A stretch of 64,000 bases of DNA from Okamejei kenojei (Eukaryota), in the NCBI GenBank assembly GCA_035221665.1, contig CM069149.1, positions 43,400,001-43,464,000 of the forward strand. Direction: 5' to 3'. Every line of letters starts with the position of its first letter. Position 1 is the stretch's first letter. The notes under the pieces are model-generated. The model did no database searches. It saw only the letters and a list, made by a program, of their open reading frames with translations, and was not told the origin of the DNA. This document shows, one piece after another, positions 23,421-37,449 of the stretch. The position numbers and the translations under genes were made by a program.

Positions 23421-24950
23421 TATCTTTACATACTCTTCGACAAAGAAGAACTGGTGCTATATCAGTTGCTATCCAAAGCAAAAGGCTGCCAAGCTGCAAA
23501 TGGAGAATCACCTGTATTAATCACATACACTGTATATGTTTTGAACTCTTATCTTATACTTAACATTGTCACCTCTAAATATTGATGCACTAAAAGTTAT
23601 AAATCAACATAATACAAAGATAATGATGGATAATGCTATTTGGGAGATTAAAACTACATTTCAATTAGTGATCTACACAAAGGTTAGAACAATTCATAGT
23701 TTATTACATAATATAATAATACCATATCTAGCTTTATTTTGTGTCAAAGCTGATGTTATTTGCTGTTATGCTCTGGCATACACTATTCAATTCCTCACCC
23801 ACCTTGGATTTATGAACTGCAGAAAATGCAATTTAATCACAGAGGAAAAACATTATCTTCAAGTCCACTAAATACAGATAAATAAAGCAAATGGAGACAT
23901 TTGGAAACAAAAGAACAAATTTCCATCCATCAGTTTTGTTTACTTTAAATATTACATTCTCATTAATCACTCTGTTATTCTGGAATGTAAAGATGCTGAG
24001 ATTTGACAAGTCTCTTGTATGATTTCTCCAAGGTAATCACTGGAGTTGAAAAAGTGAAAAACTTGAAATATACACATTTAAATTGTCTCCTATTATCAGT
24101 TGGAGTGAACAGTTTCATCAATGGCACTTCAGTCTTATACTGAATATTGCAATTAGCCCTCCTTGCTGGACATGGCAGGAAAGCTTGTTACAATATAATC
24201 TACAGGTATTGTCGTAACAAAATAGTTGCCTACCAAAGAAACCTCGTATTAGAGAAGCAATTGAGTCAATGAGGAAAAGGAGTTAGGGGTCAGACAATTT
24301 CAGACTTGCAATAACAAAAATTGTTTTTTCTGCAGAATTCTCAAAAATAGGGGCCTTTTTAATACCTATAAGTTTATTTTTGTTACTGGGAGTGAAAAAC
24401 ACTAAAGCTGTACATTACATTGTTCCACAGCATTTCATTGTACAAGTATCAATAAAAGCATGTGTATGAAAGAACTATAGACACTGGTTTAAATCGAAGG
24501 TAGACACAAAATGCTCTGAAGAAGGGTCTTAACCCAAAACATCACCCATTCCTTCTCTCCAGAGATGCTGCCTGTCCACTGAGTTACTCCAGCAGTTTGT
24601 ATCAATCAAAGCAAATACTTGTGAATCTCTCTGGCCCGCTACGGTGAAACTGACAGACTGTGTTCTTAAGAAACAATGCCGTTTGATTACTGTGGGGAGT
24701 TTACATGGAAACATATTTTTCCCAGGACTGTATTTTTGCAAAACTGCTTTTTATTCTGCTCGTCAATTTCCAGATTTACTTGAGTGGTTCTCTAGTTCCG
24801 GATCAAAATCAGGCTACAACCAATACAGCAGGCATAATACAAATAGTATTCCCCAATTCATCAAACATGTCATATCAAATTTGCATTATGGAAACATACG
24901 TTGTTGAAGAATTACCTGTACTTCCGAAAATCCTTTACCTTTAGGATAAC

Positions 24951-26198
24951 CTAGACTAAGCGGGACCCGTTGGGTCCCAACATCACACAGGAAGGCTGGT
25001 CCCCCAACGCAATATCCCACCCCTCCACCAATTCCAATATTGGTGGTCAGTGGGGGGGGGGGGGGGGGGGGGGGGGGAGCTTTCTGGAGCGCTAGTATGG
25101 GTGTTGTGGGCTGAAGGGACTGGTTTCCAGAGGGCTAGTATGCACATTGTGGGCCGAGTGGATTCTTGGGCTGGCGGCTCACACTCAAGCGCTGTTGTGC
25201 TGGGAGCTCACTCACTCACGGCTGGTGGGCTGGCAGTTGACTCACGGCTATTTCTTGAAATTCCATTTCACGCAGGGTGCAAGGACACCAAATTAAAGTG
25301 CAGTTTCTTACCACTTCAAGCAGGGTGCAAGGCCACCAAATTCAAGTGCAGTTTCATACCATTTCAAGCAGGGTGCAAGGCCACTAAAGACAGCGAGTCG
25401 TGACCTCTCCCTCCTCCATCTTGCAGCGTCTGAGCCATGCCGACACTTCTGGGTTTTATAATCCCTCCCCCTCCCACCAGAATGGGGGTGGCCTTCATGG
25501 CGTGATTGACAGGAGAGAGAATCTAAATATTTTTTAAAACACTAATAACTCTTATTTTTCATTGATGCAGAAAAATCCTCAGCACCTGATGAGCGGAGGG
25601 GGACTCTCAGTAAGATGGCCAAATATCACAGCCGTATGTGGTAGCGTTTTTTCTAAAATCAATATAAAGTGCAATCAGGAAATGGTCAAGATTAGATTTT
25701 TAATTATATAGAAGGCAAGGCAACTTTAATTAGGCAAGGCAACTTTAATTAGGCAACACAGCTTTAGCATTTCCAAATCAACGGCAACACAGCTTTAGCA
25801 TTTCCAAACTATATTTTCAAACCACATTAAGGGTACTGAGAGGTCAGTAAAACCACTCACAGTTTAGTAGACATGTGTTCATTGTTATTCACAGCTCAGA
25901 CTAAGAGACGTGACCCTCTTGCTCCCCCATCTTGCAGAGACTGACTGAGGCACTCAACACTTCCGGGTTTTATAGTCCCTCTGGAAGGGGCGTGTCCTTC
26001 AGGGGAGAGAATCTCAACATTTTTTGAACACTAATAACTTTTATTTTTCATCGATGGGAAAAATCCTCTTGTGCTGCGCAGCGGAGGGGGACTCCGAGTA
26101 AGATGGCCAAAAATCACAGCCGTAAGTGGCAGAATTTTTCTAAAATCAATATACAGAACAACAGGAAGTGGTCAAGATCAGACTTTTAGTAATATAGA
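24951..26198 (-). mobile_element. Non-autonomous Helitron (about 1.25 kb) with duplicated 5' end and internal minisatellites
   Basis: Minus strand begins A|TCTATATTACTAAAAG and ends with hairpin GGGACCC-AAC-GGGTCCC, 7 nt, then CTAG; no TSD. A second TCTATATAATTAAAA 5' end lies at 25712; about 25400-25712 resembles about 25905-26198. Confidence 0.8.
25260..25390 (+). repeat. 45-bp minisatellite (about 3 copies) within the Helitron; further short tandem repeats at 25713-25810; G-run at 25052-25078
   Basis: Repeated ccatttcaagcagggtgcaaggccaccaaattcaagtgcagtttcata-like unit; aggcaaggcaactttaatt and ggcaacacagctttagcatttccaaa units. Confidence 0.85.
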
Positions 26199-26505
26199 TG
26201 TCTGCTTCTGTTTAACCCAATGTAGTATCATTTTTGTTTTAAAAGCATTCAGATACCCAGCAAGGTGCCTGGTCTTGCTTGGTGCTTTTCTCTTTAACCC
26301 ATACTTTTTGGTTACTTTTAGCTTAACAACAAGCATTCTGGAACTATTTTAGTAAAATATAATGAATTTTATACATTGGTGAAATGTTTCCTTTCAGTTC
26401 CAAAAAAAATGAAACTACTAAGAAAATAAACTTTCTTCAAAATCCTCTAAAAACATTTCTTCTCCAAAAAGAAAAAATGAAAAATCAAAATGATTGTGTT
26501 CTCAC

Positions 26506-26639
26506 TTTTCCTTCTCCATGACATTTCTCCTTAATGGTTTGACTCCACTTGCAAAATAATTAATGATTGAAGCAATTCTGGTTAGTACCCAATGGCTGGG
26601 CAGTCCGGCAGAAGGAAGGTGGTCTGTCAATGATGAGCC
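26506..26639 (-). other. Candidate exon (134 nt; one open frame GSSLTDHLPSAGLPSHWVLTRIASIINYFASGVKPLRRNVMEKE, not recognised)
   Basis: Acceptor ttaatttttgtgccttgttag and donor AAA|gtgaga; more GC-rich than its flanks. Confidence 0.45.
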
Positions 26640-26779
26640 CTAACAAGGCACAAAAATTAATAATACATGCTTCCTGTTTTGGTGCTCTTCCCACTGCATA
26701 ATACAATCTTCAACATAGCTTGATGTTGTTTGTATACTTACAGAATCTGTCGACTTAAATGTCTATCATAATATTTTCA

Positions 26780-27135
26780 TAGAACATAGGACAGTACACC
26801 CCAAGAACAGGTACTTAGCCCACAATGTTTATGCCGAACATGATGGCAAGACCATCTCTGATCTGCCAGCACATAATCCATAACTCTCCATTCCCTTCAC
26901 ATCCACATACCTATGCAAAAGTCTGAAACGTTCCAGGCATTCACCACCCTCTGTGTGAAAAAGCTTGCCCCTCTTTTTTAAGCTTTGCCCCTCTCACTTT
27001 AAAGTTATGGACTCTTTTATTTGATTTTTCCACCCTGGAAAAAAAACTGTGTACTCTTCCTAAGCCTCTCATAAATTTACATATTGCTATCAGGTCTCCT
27101 TGCAACCTCTAGCATTCCAAAGAAAACAATCCAAA
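26780..27135 (-). mobile_element. CR1 3' fragment
   Basis: Antisense of the LNSLP / HRFKVRG region, with a catagaacatag tail. Confidence 0.7.
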
Positions 27136-27886
27136 TTGCAGTACATTGTTGCTGAAAGTCTGTCTTCAATTGGGTATTACTGTGACGCTATATGCGGTTA
27201 GCAACATTTTATCAGACCTTCATATTTAATATTACTTAAATGGAAGCAAGCTAACCAAATCTGTATTATATTTCACTACTGCTTTCATGGTCACTAAAAT
27301 TTAGATTTCCTGTTGAGGAAGGGGAAAAGGTCAGGATCACTGCGTTTGATCACTATAATGTTAATCATAAGGAAACAATATGACTGTTTCAGCATAATAC
27401 AGGCTTGCAAACTGACATAAAAGGCTTGGGCAATAATAATACCTTTGCTTTTAATACAATTAAGGTCTGTACATGTTTTATTGTGATGAAACCTATATGC
27501 AGTTGCATTGAATTTGTGATAGCATACAAACTTTGTTGTTGCCCGACTAGGGTTATCATGTTCAAAGTGGGTGACAGACTCACATTATTAAAGGCAGCTC
27601 CGAATGGTTTCAAATGCATCCACTAGCAAAATTGTTGGATCCGATACTTTTTCCTTTTGACAGAAGCCAATTTCTGGAGCTCAGGTCTTGGGGTCAATGC
27701 CTATAGCCATTATTTGTGAAGCTGGCACTTTTCAAAATGTTCCATGCAAAGCTGTTCCATAACTATTTAGAGTTTTCTTATGAACATCAATTACAAGTGT
27801 CCAGAACCCAAACCTAAAACATTGTCTGTCCATTTCCCTCTGCAGATGCTGCCTGGCTTTCTGAATTCCTCCAGCAGTTTGTTTTA

Positions 27887-28168
27887 AGCGCCTGTCCCAC
27901 TTACGCAACTTTTTCGGTGACTGCCGGCACCCGTCATAGGTCATTACAGGTCGCCGAAATCCAGCAGCGACCAGAACAAGGTACGACTCTTTCGGCGACT
28001 ACTCACGACCATACAGACTTCACCCTTGTTGCCAGGGAGTTGCCTGTATGGTCGTGAGTAGTCTCCTTGTCACCCAAAGAGTTGTAGCGTCTTTCTAGTC
28101 GCCACTGAATTTTCAACATGACGGGTGCCGGCAGACGTCGAAAAAGTCGCGTAAGTGGGACAGGCGCT
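27887..28168. mobile_element. Palindromic PIF/Harbinger-like MITE (282 bp) nested in a Penelope tail
   Basis: TIR AGCGCCTGTCCCACTTACGC / GCGTAAGTGGGACAGGCGCT; arms pair almost to the centre (gactactcacgaccataca / tgtatggtcgtgagtagtc); flanks TTA/ATA. Confidence 0.85.
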
Positions 28169-29034
28169 ATACATTCAGGATTCTAACATCTGCAGTCTCA
28201 CGTCTCCAGAGATTTTTTTAATATAGTCTTTGAATGTCATCTAGCATTTCATTTGTGCTTGCCCTGTAGCATTTCTCATATAGCCAGGAATACCACCAAC
28301 TCTTTAATAAGTAAAAAATATTTTTAGAGGCATTTTAAAATTGCGATTGTTCCGAGGGATGCGAAAATAGGAACAATCAATGAATTCAATTTTAAGAAAT
28401 AGAATTTTAGTTTCTCTTCTATATTAATGAGATAGTGGATTTTTCCTTGAGTTTGTTTTAACTATTAATAGGCTTGGTGAGAAGAATCATTATCTTCCAG
28501 TCACGTTGCAAAATAAATTGTAATGTGCCATCAGGCGGGAAATACAGGAATGACATCAAATTAATATACACTACTCACTAGTTGCTCAAAGCAACTATGG
28601 CAGAGACTGTAGAGACATCTATGAACATTTTCAATCAATCTTATACAAGTGCCCAGACTAAAGGGACTCAACTCCATGAAGGGGAATTGTTATAAATTAC
28701 AATGGGACAAACAGCTAACATAACAAGATTTCATTTAAATATTTAATTGGACAGCAGTAACCTTTATAAGTGTATGGGATTAGTAAGAATGGGAATTCAT
28801 GCAATATTCCATGGTTTTAACTGTATTGCTGTTTTAATTTCTGTAATATTAAAAAAATAACAATGGGTGATTAAAAGTCTGGACCTTTGCTGGACCTACA
28901 TAATTGTAGAATGTCCAGGTTTAATGAACACTAAAAAATCAATTGAAACAGAGAGACGCAAGAAAGTTAGTTTACCTAATCTCCCATTTCACCCAACAAT
29001 GTGAGAGAGTAAATTAATAAATGCAGTTAGGATC

Positions 29035-29192
29035 GTTAGATAGGGCTCTTAAAGATAGCGAAGCAGGGGATATGGGGAGAAGGCAGGAATGTGGTACTGA
29101 TTGGGGATGATCAGCCATGATTACATTGAATGGCGGGGCTGGTTCAAAGGACCAAATGGCCTACTCCTGCACCTATTGTCTATTGTCTATTG
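29035..29192 (+). mobile_element. Short CR1 3' fragment
   Basis: Same subfamily as 23270-23420, with an (attgtct)n tail. Confidence 0.85.
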
Positions 29193-29471
29193 ATGAGAAG
29201 AATGTAAATGCTCTGCTCATTTCATTTTCAATAATATTTATTTCTGTCTTATGATCGGGTTCAATTACTGTTTCAATACTCAGTTCCCATGATGATATTA
29301 TCACCATTCATTGCAAAATTACTTTTTCTCCTTTAAGTACTTTTCAGAGCCTCCTGTAAACTCAGCTCTTCAACAATATTCAAAATGTACAATTGTACAT
29401 TTCTATGTCCATACAGGTTGTAGTTTAGCTAGATTAAAGGCAAATGTTAAATATATGTTATCATGTAATAC

Positions 29472-29640
29472 CTGACCCTTTATTGATTAGCACCTGTAGA
29501 AATGGAGGTGTAGGAAGTGAATGACTGACTCCTGTATCAACTTCTGGAAGTAAGTGGAGACTCTGCCAGTGCTTCAATGCACCCAATCATTTGCTGGTCA
29601 GAACGCAGGTTGATTGGAATTGCAGCAGAACATACTTTGC
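29472..29640 (-). ncRNA. Candidate non-coding exon (169 nt)
   Basis: Acceptor tctttttaaattcatcccag and donor CAG|gtatta; stops in all three frames. Confidence 0.4.
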
Positions 29641-32498
29641 CTGGGATGAATTTAAAAAGACGTGCACACTGACAGCAAGAGATTTTTGCATCTGGGATTG
29701 GATTGTTTCTTACATTCTTTGTGGGTGAACTCAGATTGCAAGCAGCTGAATGTGAGATTTATGGTTAAGGCTTAGATTATTGTATCAGATTGTTCCAACT
29801 TGTTTAACCATTTACATACAGGACTGCGTGATGATTCAGTTAGATAACACCAGAGAGTAGTACAAATGGCTACAGATCTCCCATTGATGAAAATAATTTA
29901 ACTTACTTGCAGCAAGGCAAATGGCAAATTATGTGATGACATGCTTCAATATTAACTTCATATGTCCTTGATTTACTTAAAATTAAAAGGGTTATTTTCA
30001 AAATCTTTTGTCATGCAGAGAATGGGAATAATTGTTGTCTTTACTCCAGGAATTAGATATGTCAAACGAAGAAATAAAAACGGTAAGTACTTGAACTATC
30101 CAGCAAATCAGGCAGCATTATGTAGAACAGGAAACAGTTAACGTTTTTAGTTAATGATCTTTCATAGGAACTGGAGAAGTGAGAAAACAAAGGACTTTTA
30201 AGTTGCAGAGAGGGAGAGACAGAGTGCATGCAACAGAAATAATATGCTGAAACTGCAAAAGGCACACAGGTCCAGCATGTTCTTTTGATTTTCTTATTCT
30301 TACTTTCTCTCTCACTGCCCTCATTCACAAAGCATTGTGTCACCTGGGTAGCCATGATCCCACCCTATTAGTAACATTACTTTTGATCACCACCCATCCC
30401 CCTTTTTGCAATTTAAAACACACTTGTTTTCTCACGTAACAAAATCATTAAATGCTGGAAACACTCAGCAGGTCAGGCAGCACCTGTGGAAAGAGAAACA
30501 GATGCTGCCTAACTTGCCGAGTGAGACCTCAGTGGTAAGAAGGCTTCATGTGGCAGATCACTGAAGACACTGATAGCCTTTGCCAAGAGGAAAGGCAGGG
30601 GGCAGAGCCTCATCTCCTCAGAAAATCTGGAAGGCCTTGCAATAGATTTCAAATGTCTCCAATCTTCACATAATTTCAATAATTTTTGATTGCTTTATAT
30701 ATTTGAAAATAATAAAAATTATGAAAGCACTAAACAGTAAAAATATTGAAATAAAGTGAAAAAGTATGACATTAATGAATAACCAAATGTGTATATTCCC
30801 ATCTAATCTACAGGACCAGAATTTTCAAGAGTGGTGGATTTGCACAATTCCAGGTCTCACTTTGCTTAAAACACTCAAGCCCTGGATAGCCATTTCCTTT
30901 TGGGACTGTGTAACATTTGTACAAAGTCTTGATTGGACTCCATTCAATTTGGGCACTGACTTTCAGGAAGGTGCCATTGAATGCAGATTTCCATGTTTCA
31001 ACCAGTGTCCTCAGAATCATATGGGATGGTAGTAAAAATTAGGTTTGTGTTCCTTCAGTATAGAAATGAAGGGTCATTGAAACAAGGTGTGCAAAATCAT
31101 TCAGCTAGGTAGATGCAGAGAAGCAACTTCCACCACATATCAAAAGGACATCACCTCAAAACAATGCTTGGACCATTTGGGATTAAACAACAAAGTACAT
31201 TTTCATGTGAAGTATTTGAGTGAACAGAATCAAGCTTTCACCTGCTGCCATTTATTCTTTGCTCCCTCTGAATCTCCAAATTTAGCATTTGTGTTTGACT
31301 ATCGCCATACATTAACAATTCAAGTGCAAGTGTAAGACAAAAAAACCCCACAATTTTGAAGAAGGGTCCTGACACGAAACATCACCCATCCCTTTTCTAC
31401 AGAAATGCTGCCTGACCCGCTGAGTTACTCCAGCACTTTATGTCTATCTTCAATACAATTTGACAGATTAGTTTGGCTTGGCTGAAATGGTTTCAAGATC
31501 TAGGGGCCATCATCCACTCTGTATGGTACCAACATTATATTCCTTTAGTATAGCCTTTAGTATTGCCTGATACTTGTTATTTTAACCATAGCTTATGGGG
31601 AAAGCCACCTTACAGGTCTGCTGACAAGCAGTGATGGATATAACTACAACAAGCTAACATGTTTTACAGTTACAGAGACTGCAGATGCTGGAATCTGGAG
31701 CAAATTAACAAACTGTCAGAGGAACTTAGTGGATAAGGTGCAACTATGGAGAGAAATGAACAGTCAACGTTTTGATTAGAGACCCTTCACTTCATCATCA
31801 TCCATGTGAAGGGTCTCAACATAAAAGATTGACTGTCAGGTCCTCTCCACAAATTATCTCTAGTGGGTTCAAAGGGCTACATCACCCACCATTCCTCTAA
31901 CTGTGGTGACAAGAAACTGCAGGTGCTGGAATCTTGAGCAAAATCTGAAGTAGGGTCCCTCTATAGATGCTGCCTGACCTGCTACCTTCCTCCAACATTA
32001 TTAGACGAAGGCAGCAGGTCAGGCAGCATCTATGGAGGGACCTTACTTCAGATTGACGAAGGAAATGAAAGCTGGAAAAGAGAGGACGGAGCAAGCTAGG
32101 CGAGGTGGCAGGGGTAGATTAAATGACAAAAGCTAGAAGTGAAATGGAGTCAAACTTTGTCAGATGAGTTATGAAATGTAAAGTCCGGACAGGGATAAGA
32201 GTAGAATAGGATAAAAGGGTGGGGAAAGAGGGGAAACACAAACATATTGAAAGTCAGGATCACTGACCTTGTCACAAGTCACTGTTTTAAGCCTTAAAAA
32301 TAAATAATCTTTCATTTAAAAAAAATTCAAACAAAAGATACACAACATAATGACCATATTTTATAACCACTAACACCAGTAAGTTCCAATCCATTCGTGC
32401 AGATTAATCTGCATATGTGCAGCAACTTCCAGTGACTTTGCACAAGCAGTAACATTTGGAAAATGCTGTCTGAGATTGGATCTTCTTGATAAACTCAC

Positions 32499-32667
32499 GA
32501 ATACAGCAGCTTGCATGGAATTGGGTGAAGATGCTGTACCTTACTAATATATACACACACATAAAACACAGCGGGAAAGTTTCAGGTCTTTCACTTCATA
32601 GTAAGTGATCTTTGATGAGGTGATAAGTTTTAGTTACTGTGAATAAGTACTCTCAGCCACTGAAAAT
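32499..32667 (-). ncRNA. Candidate non-coding exon
   Basis: Acceptor taatttcttctttattccaatag (alternative at 32659); donor TTC|gtgagt (alternative TTA|gtaagg at 32545). Confidence 0.35.
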
Positions 32668-35519
32668 CTATTGGAATAAAGAAGAAATTATGCAAATTTT
32701 ACATTGGAGATTTTAAGGAATAAATAAATTATTAAACTTTTTCTCTCTCTTATCTATCTTACAATCCAGCATTTCCCTACCCCTCAAATTCACTTTCTGA
32801 ATTTGACATTAACACTGAAGACTCAGGTTCTACTCCGATGAATACGTCTTCAATCCAATTGATTTACGATGCACACAATTGCTTGCCCTGTTCACATGGA
32901 TCCCAGATGTCCAATAAAAGGGGCTGATTTTTCATTGGCTGGCAGGAATTTCAGTGCAAGAGGCAACAAAATGTTTTTTATGTATGTAGAACTGTAATGG
33001 CTTTGGACATTTGCCAGTGGCCACAAAATTAGACCAATTCTCTTTCTTTCATATTTTCTTACTCTTCCTCTGAACTAATCCCTGAGAGGGACAAGGCATC
33101 TTCTAATGTCACACCATCAAAGCCAAATGCCCCCCCTGCCCCATCCCTCTTACACTGGATGCTAATGAAAAAAGAGAGGGGGGGGGGATGAAATAATGAT
33201 AAGTGGATGGGGGATCAGAGATTGAGAGAGGGGGATTGAGAAATGGGGGAATGAGATAGGGGGAAATGAGAGGATGAGAGAGGAGCGAGGCAAGATTACT
33301 ATTTTTTTAGTCAAAGTTACTTTCTATAATTCTTCTCTTGCCTGTAAATTGACCACATTTTTTTAACATTTCTGTCTGGAACTAAATATCTTAATTTTGC
33401 CATTATTTGATAAAAAGAATTGCAGCAAAATCTGAAAAAGTTAACCACGAACTCTTACGTAATATCTACCAGAGGTTGCTCCATAATTAAAGTAGGAAAC
33501 CTAGATTAATTTTCATTGCATAGCCTCGGGGTTCCGTGGTTAGTGGGAGCACCCTAATCTTGCTTTAAAAGCTATTCGCCGTGGTTTAAACAATGAGAGT
33601 TGGAAGGATAATTCAATACAAAAGCAATCAACTTGAACCAAAATCTATTTTTACTTGCTGTCCTTGTGTATGTCTTGTTTGTTTCTTAGGATGAAAGTAA
33701 CTGAATGCTGTTCAAGAAAATAAATCCAAGATCTTTCTGATCTGCATTTGTTATGACTGCATTGGCACACTTTTCATTGAGTTATCATGACACTCCAGAA
33801 GTAAAGCAAATTCTTGCTAACGCCTTTGATTACAGGGATACATGCATCTAATTATGTTAGAGCAGAACACTGAAACGCTGCAATAAAAATCCTTGGAAGC
33901 TTCCTGCAGGTTCAATGAGAATGCACTGGAACAGTCACAAACAGCCTAAATCTGCTCCTCTGCTCATCTTACGTAATATAATTTGCTCATGTTTGCGCTG
34001 TCTGATCCCTTTTATGTATCAGCAAACTTGACTATGTTGTGTCAAGTTTACAAAGTGATTCAGATGATCAGACCAGGGGCATCCACCTCAGTACTTCCCT
34101 CATTCCCACAATTACAGCAACCTCTCTTTCAACCATTCAGCCAATTCAGACATTCTTGAGGCTTGACTATATAATTGCGCCTGACATTTTAATGTGCTAC
34201 TGAGCAAGATGCCTCTTTTGGATAAATTGATAAATGGCTTCAGATGGTTGTAAAGATTTCTCAGCCAGTCCATTGTTCCAATATTCCCCTGAGTGGGACC
34301 CCATTCACCAACACTCCTCATTCCTTCCTTGAGCTTACCTCCTCATTGGGCCAGACCGTCCTTGAGACAAGTGGCCCTGAATGGCAAAAGAATTTAGAAG
34401 AATGTAATGGCCCAGCCAAACCAAGCCCCACCCACAAAACCTCTCTCAAAACCTTTGTTAGATGGAAAATCCCCATCTCAAACAGAGAAACAATGACAGT
34501 TTTGACATTCAGGAATATTTTAAAAAAAATAGTGAGCTGAAGCTTCTTTGCAGTGGCAGGCAGTTCCCTTTGAAACTGCTATCATTCATCTATTTGTACA
34601 AAGGCAAGTCCCATATTTCCATGCATCTGCTGCAGATTCAGGACTTAGTGGTGGTGCCACTTCTGTCATTCCCCTCCACTAGAGTAATCCCCGCAGAACC
34701 CATTGACGAAGCCCAGTCTTGCTGGGTTTCACAAGCATAATGCTTGACAATTATGTCTGACAATACCAGATTAGATCCAATGCTGGACAGGCCACACCAA
34801 TTTTTTACATGGCAATTCTCATGTCAAGTGGAATAGAGGATAAATAACCAAAATAAAATAATAAAACGATTTGTTGGTGTTAACAGAAGAAATAAAGTTT
34901 AATAAAAGTTATTAAAACTATTTCACATTTTGAAAAAAAGGCTTCTTTCCAAGCTTGGCTTTTACCAAGGCTATTGGCTGGTGGTTGTGGGCTACATCTG
35001 TACATCTAAGGCTTTTGTGCCGCCAAACGCAAGGATGCAGCGGTGCACTGAGAAAGGCAGGTTGGTGGAAACCATGGGCAGCAATCCTCAATGATCACCA
35101 GGTCAAATACTCAAGAGGAAGCTGGGGAATCAGCTAGTTTTGAACCATCTTTGAATTCCATGCTAAATTCAACAAATGACAAATGCCTGCACTAATGACA
35201 AACCTCAATGTTATTAAATTATTGTCAGAGCTGAAACATAAAACAAATTGCTGGAAAGAACTCAATAGGTTAAGAAGCATCAGTGGAGGCCAAGGGATGG
35301 TTGACATTTTGGGCCAAGATCCTGCATAATTCCTGATGTAGGGCCTCATCCCAAAATAAATCGCATCACACTGCTTCCACAGATGCTACCTGATTCATCG
35401 TAATCTTCCAGCACTTTATTGTTCGCTCCAGACTCCAGCATCTGCAGTGTCTGATCTTTCCATCATCAGAACTGAGTCTGATTACATAACTCATTGAACA
35501 AGGAGAACAGTACAGCAGT

Positions 35520-35885
35520 ACACCCCGTGCATTCTAGGCACCTACTACTCTGTGTACAAAAATTAGCTTCATAAATCTCCTTTAAACTTTCCACATCTGA
35601 CTTTAAAGCTATGCCTTCTAGTATTTGACATTTCCATCCTGGGAGAAAGATTCTGACTATCTATCCTACATGCCTCTCAATTTTATAAACATTTATCAGG
35701 TCTCCCTTCGGTCTCTGATGTTTCAGAGAAAACTCTCCAAGTCTGTTCAACCTCTTCCAAAATCGAATATTCTCTAATCCAGGTAGCGTTTTGGTAAATC
35801 TCTTCTGCGCCCTCTTAAAGCATCCACATCTTTCCTACAACGGGCAGACCAAAATGACACACAATATTCCAAATGCGGCCCAACT
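35520..35885 (-). mobile_element. CR1 ORF2 3' fragment
   Basis: Antisense of LGRIWNIV.. / RRFT / RGDLI / HSFKVRxGKF. Confidence 0.7.
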
Positions 35886-37449
35886 CAACTCATTTATGTT
35901 CATGCAACGTTCTGCATCTTTGCTATGTTTGAATAATGAATACATGTTAAAAGAGGTGTTGCATTAACTTTCATGGTTGTGAATGATGTCGTATGTAAAT
36001 GAAATTTGTTCCTAACAAGATGAGGCAGGGGTTGGATGTGGACAGGAGGGCATGATCAGGGACCCATACATTAGTTAGATTAGCCTGCATAAACAATAGG
36101 GCATATGATAACTGAACGCTTGCTTAATGGCAAAACTCCCACCGCTTTTATGATAGTGCAGATGAGAGTTTGTTTTAAACACTTATGAATGGAAGTAATT
36201 GGGTGAACTTCAAACCATCAGAAAGAGCATCCCAGGTTCATTCATCCTCTGTCAGCACTAGTTTCATCCACCCCCACACCATTACCTCCACCAACCTCAC
36301 CAGCGCTCAATTTTAGATGACATTCATCAACCATGTCAAAAATTTACACTCCAATTCTACAAATCTCCCCTCTCAAAAAGTGGACTTATGACAAGGTAAC
36401 TACTGCCACAAGTCGCTCATTAAGATTCATACCACTGTCAATACAATTCCAATGTAATTACACACAGCCCAACACTGTTTTGAACACATTTAGAACAAGA
36501 CCTGGAGCAAGCATTCTTTACTGAACAATGACAGAATCAACTGTTCCAAAGTCCACATGATTCGTTCTGCAAAAGGTTGTTCTAGTAACTATGGCAGCAG
36601 ACAAGTGATGTCTGGGTCACAGAAAATTTAGGAGTGCAGACAAAACTACATAGTATGCTATCAATTTAATAGCCCATGAGCCAACACCTGCGTGAACCAA
36701 CTAAACAAACACAGGCAGGCAACAACCATATAATTCTGTAACCAGGTTTGCGCTGCATTAGCATCTATGTCAGGTCTTTTAGCTTTGTTTTTAAATGTAC
36801 AAAAGTACGAACAAAAAAAAAGATTTGAAGCAGCGAAAAATACTTTACCTCCACACAAATGAAACTATTACAAACCATTACAGATAATCAGTTTGAAATT
36901 GTCAAGTGAGCGGTGCCATTATAGATTTAGTATATTTCTGCAATCTGCGATGGACATTGCATTCTAAATAGGATTCTACATTTCAGATTTTATTGATTCA
37001 CACAAATAACTTGGTATTTTCAGCTCCTGTAAACTTGTTATAAAGATCTAGAATTGCTTTAGTTCGTTGAACTAAACTGATAAGCTTCCTGAATGTCTGT
37101 AAAATCATAACCTTTATTGTTAAGCTAGAAGATATTTGCGGTTCCATTAGGCCCATGCCTTCAATGGGAGCTTCAGTCAGAGCATTTCTATCCCATTGGC
37201 ATCACAAAATGTCCACACAAAGAACTGCATACGCTGGTTTACAAACTGCTGCTAGTTTCGAGGCAGAGTCAATTTTCTAGTCGCTAGATTATAATTCTAT
37301 CCGACATACATGTGCCAAATTCTAATGCGAATCAATGTGCTGTGATTTAAAAATAAATCTATATTTGCATTTAAAAAATCAGTTTTAATCTTGTGGGTTT
37401 GAGACAAAAATCAGGCAAGAAATTGAGAGAGTGCAGATAAGTTAGAATA

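Noticed and set aside
23950-24000. miR-1-like sequence TGGAATGTAAAGA with a partly complementary upstream arm
   Set aside because: The match stops after 13 nt although miR-1 is nearly invariant in vertebrates, and the stem is only about 10 bp.
25260-25390. Regularly spaced repeats resembling a CRISPR array
   Set aside because: No unique spacers, eukaryotic context and no cas genes; it is a minisatellite inside a Helitron.
32398-32413. Perfect 16-bp palindrome TGCAGATTAATCTGCA
   Set aside because: About one such palindrome is expected by chance in 64 kb.
33170-33290. G/A-rich tract with G-quadruplex potential
   Set aside because: Low-complexity sequence with no supporting context.
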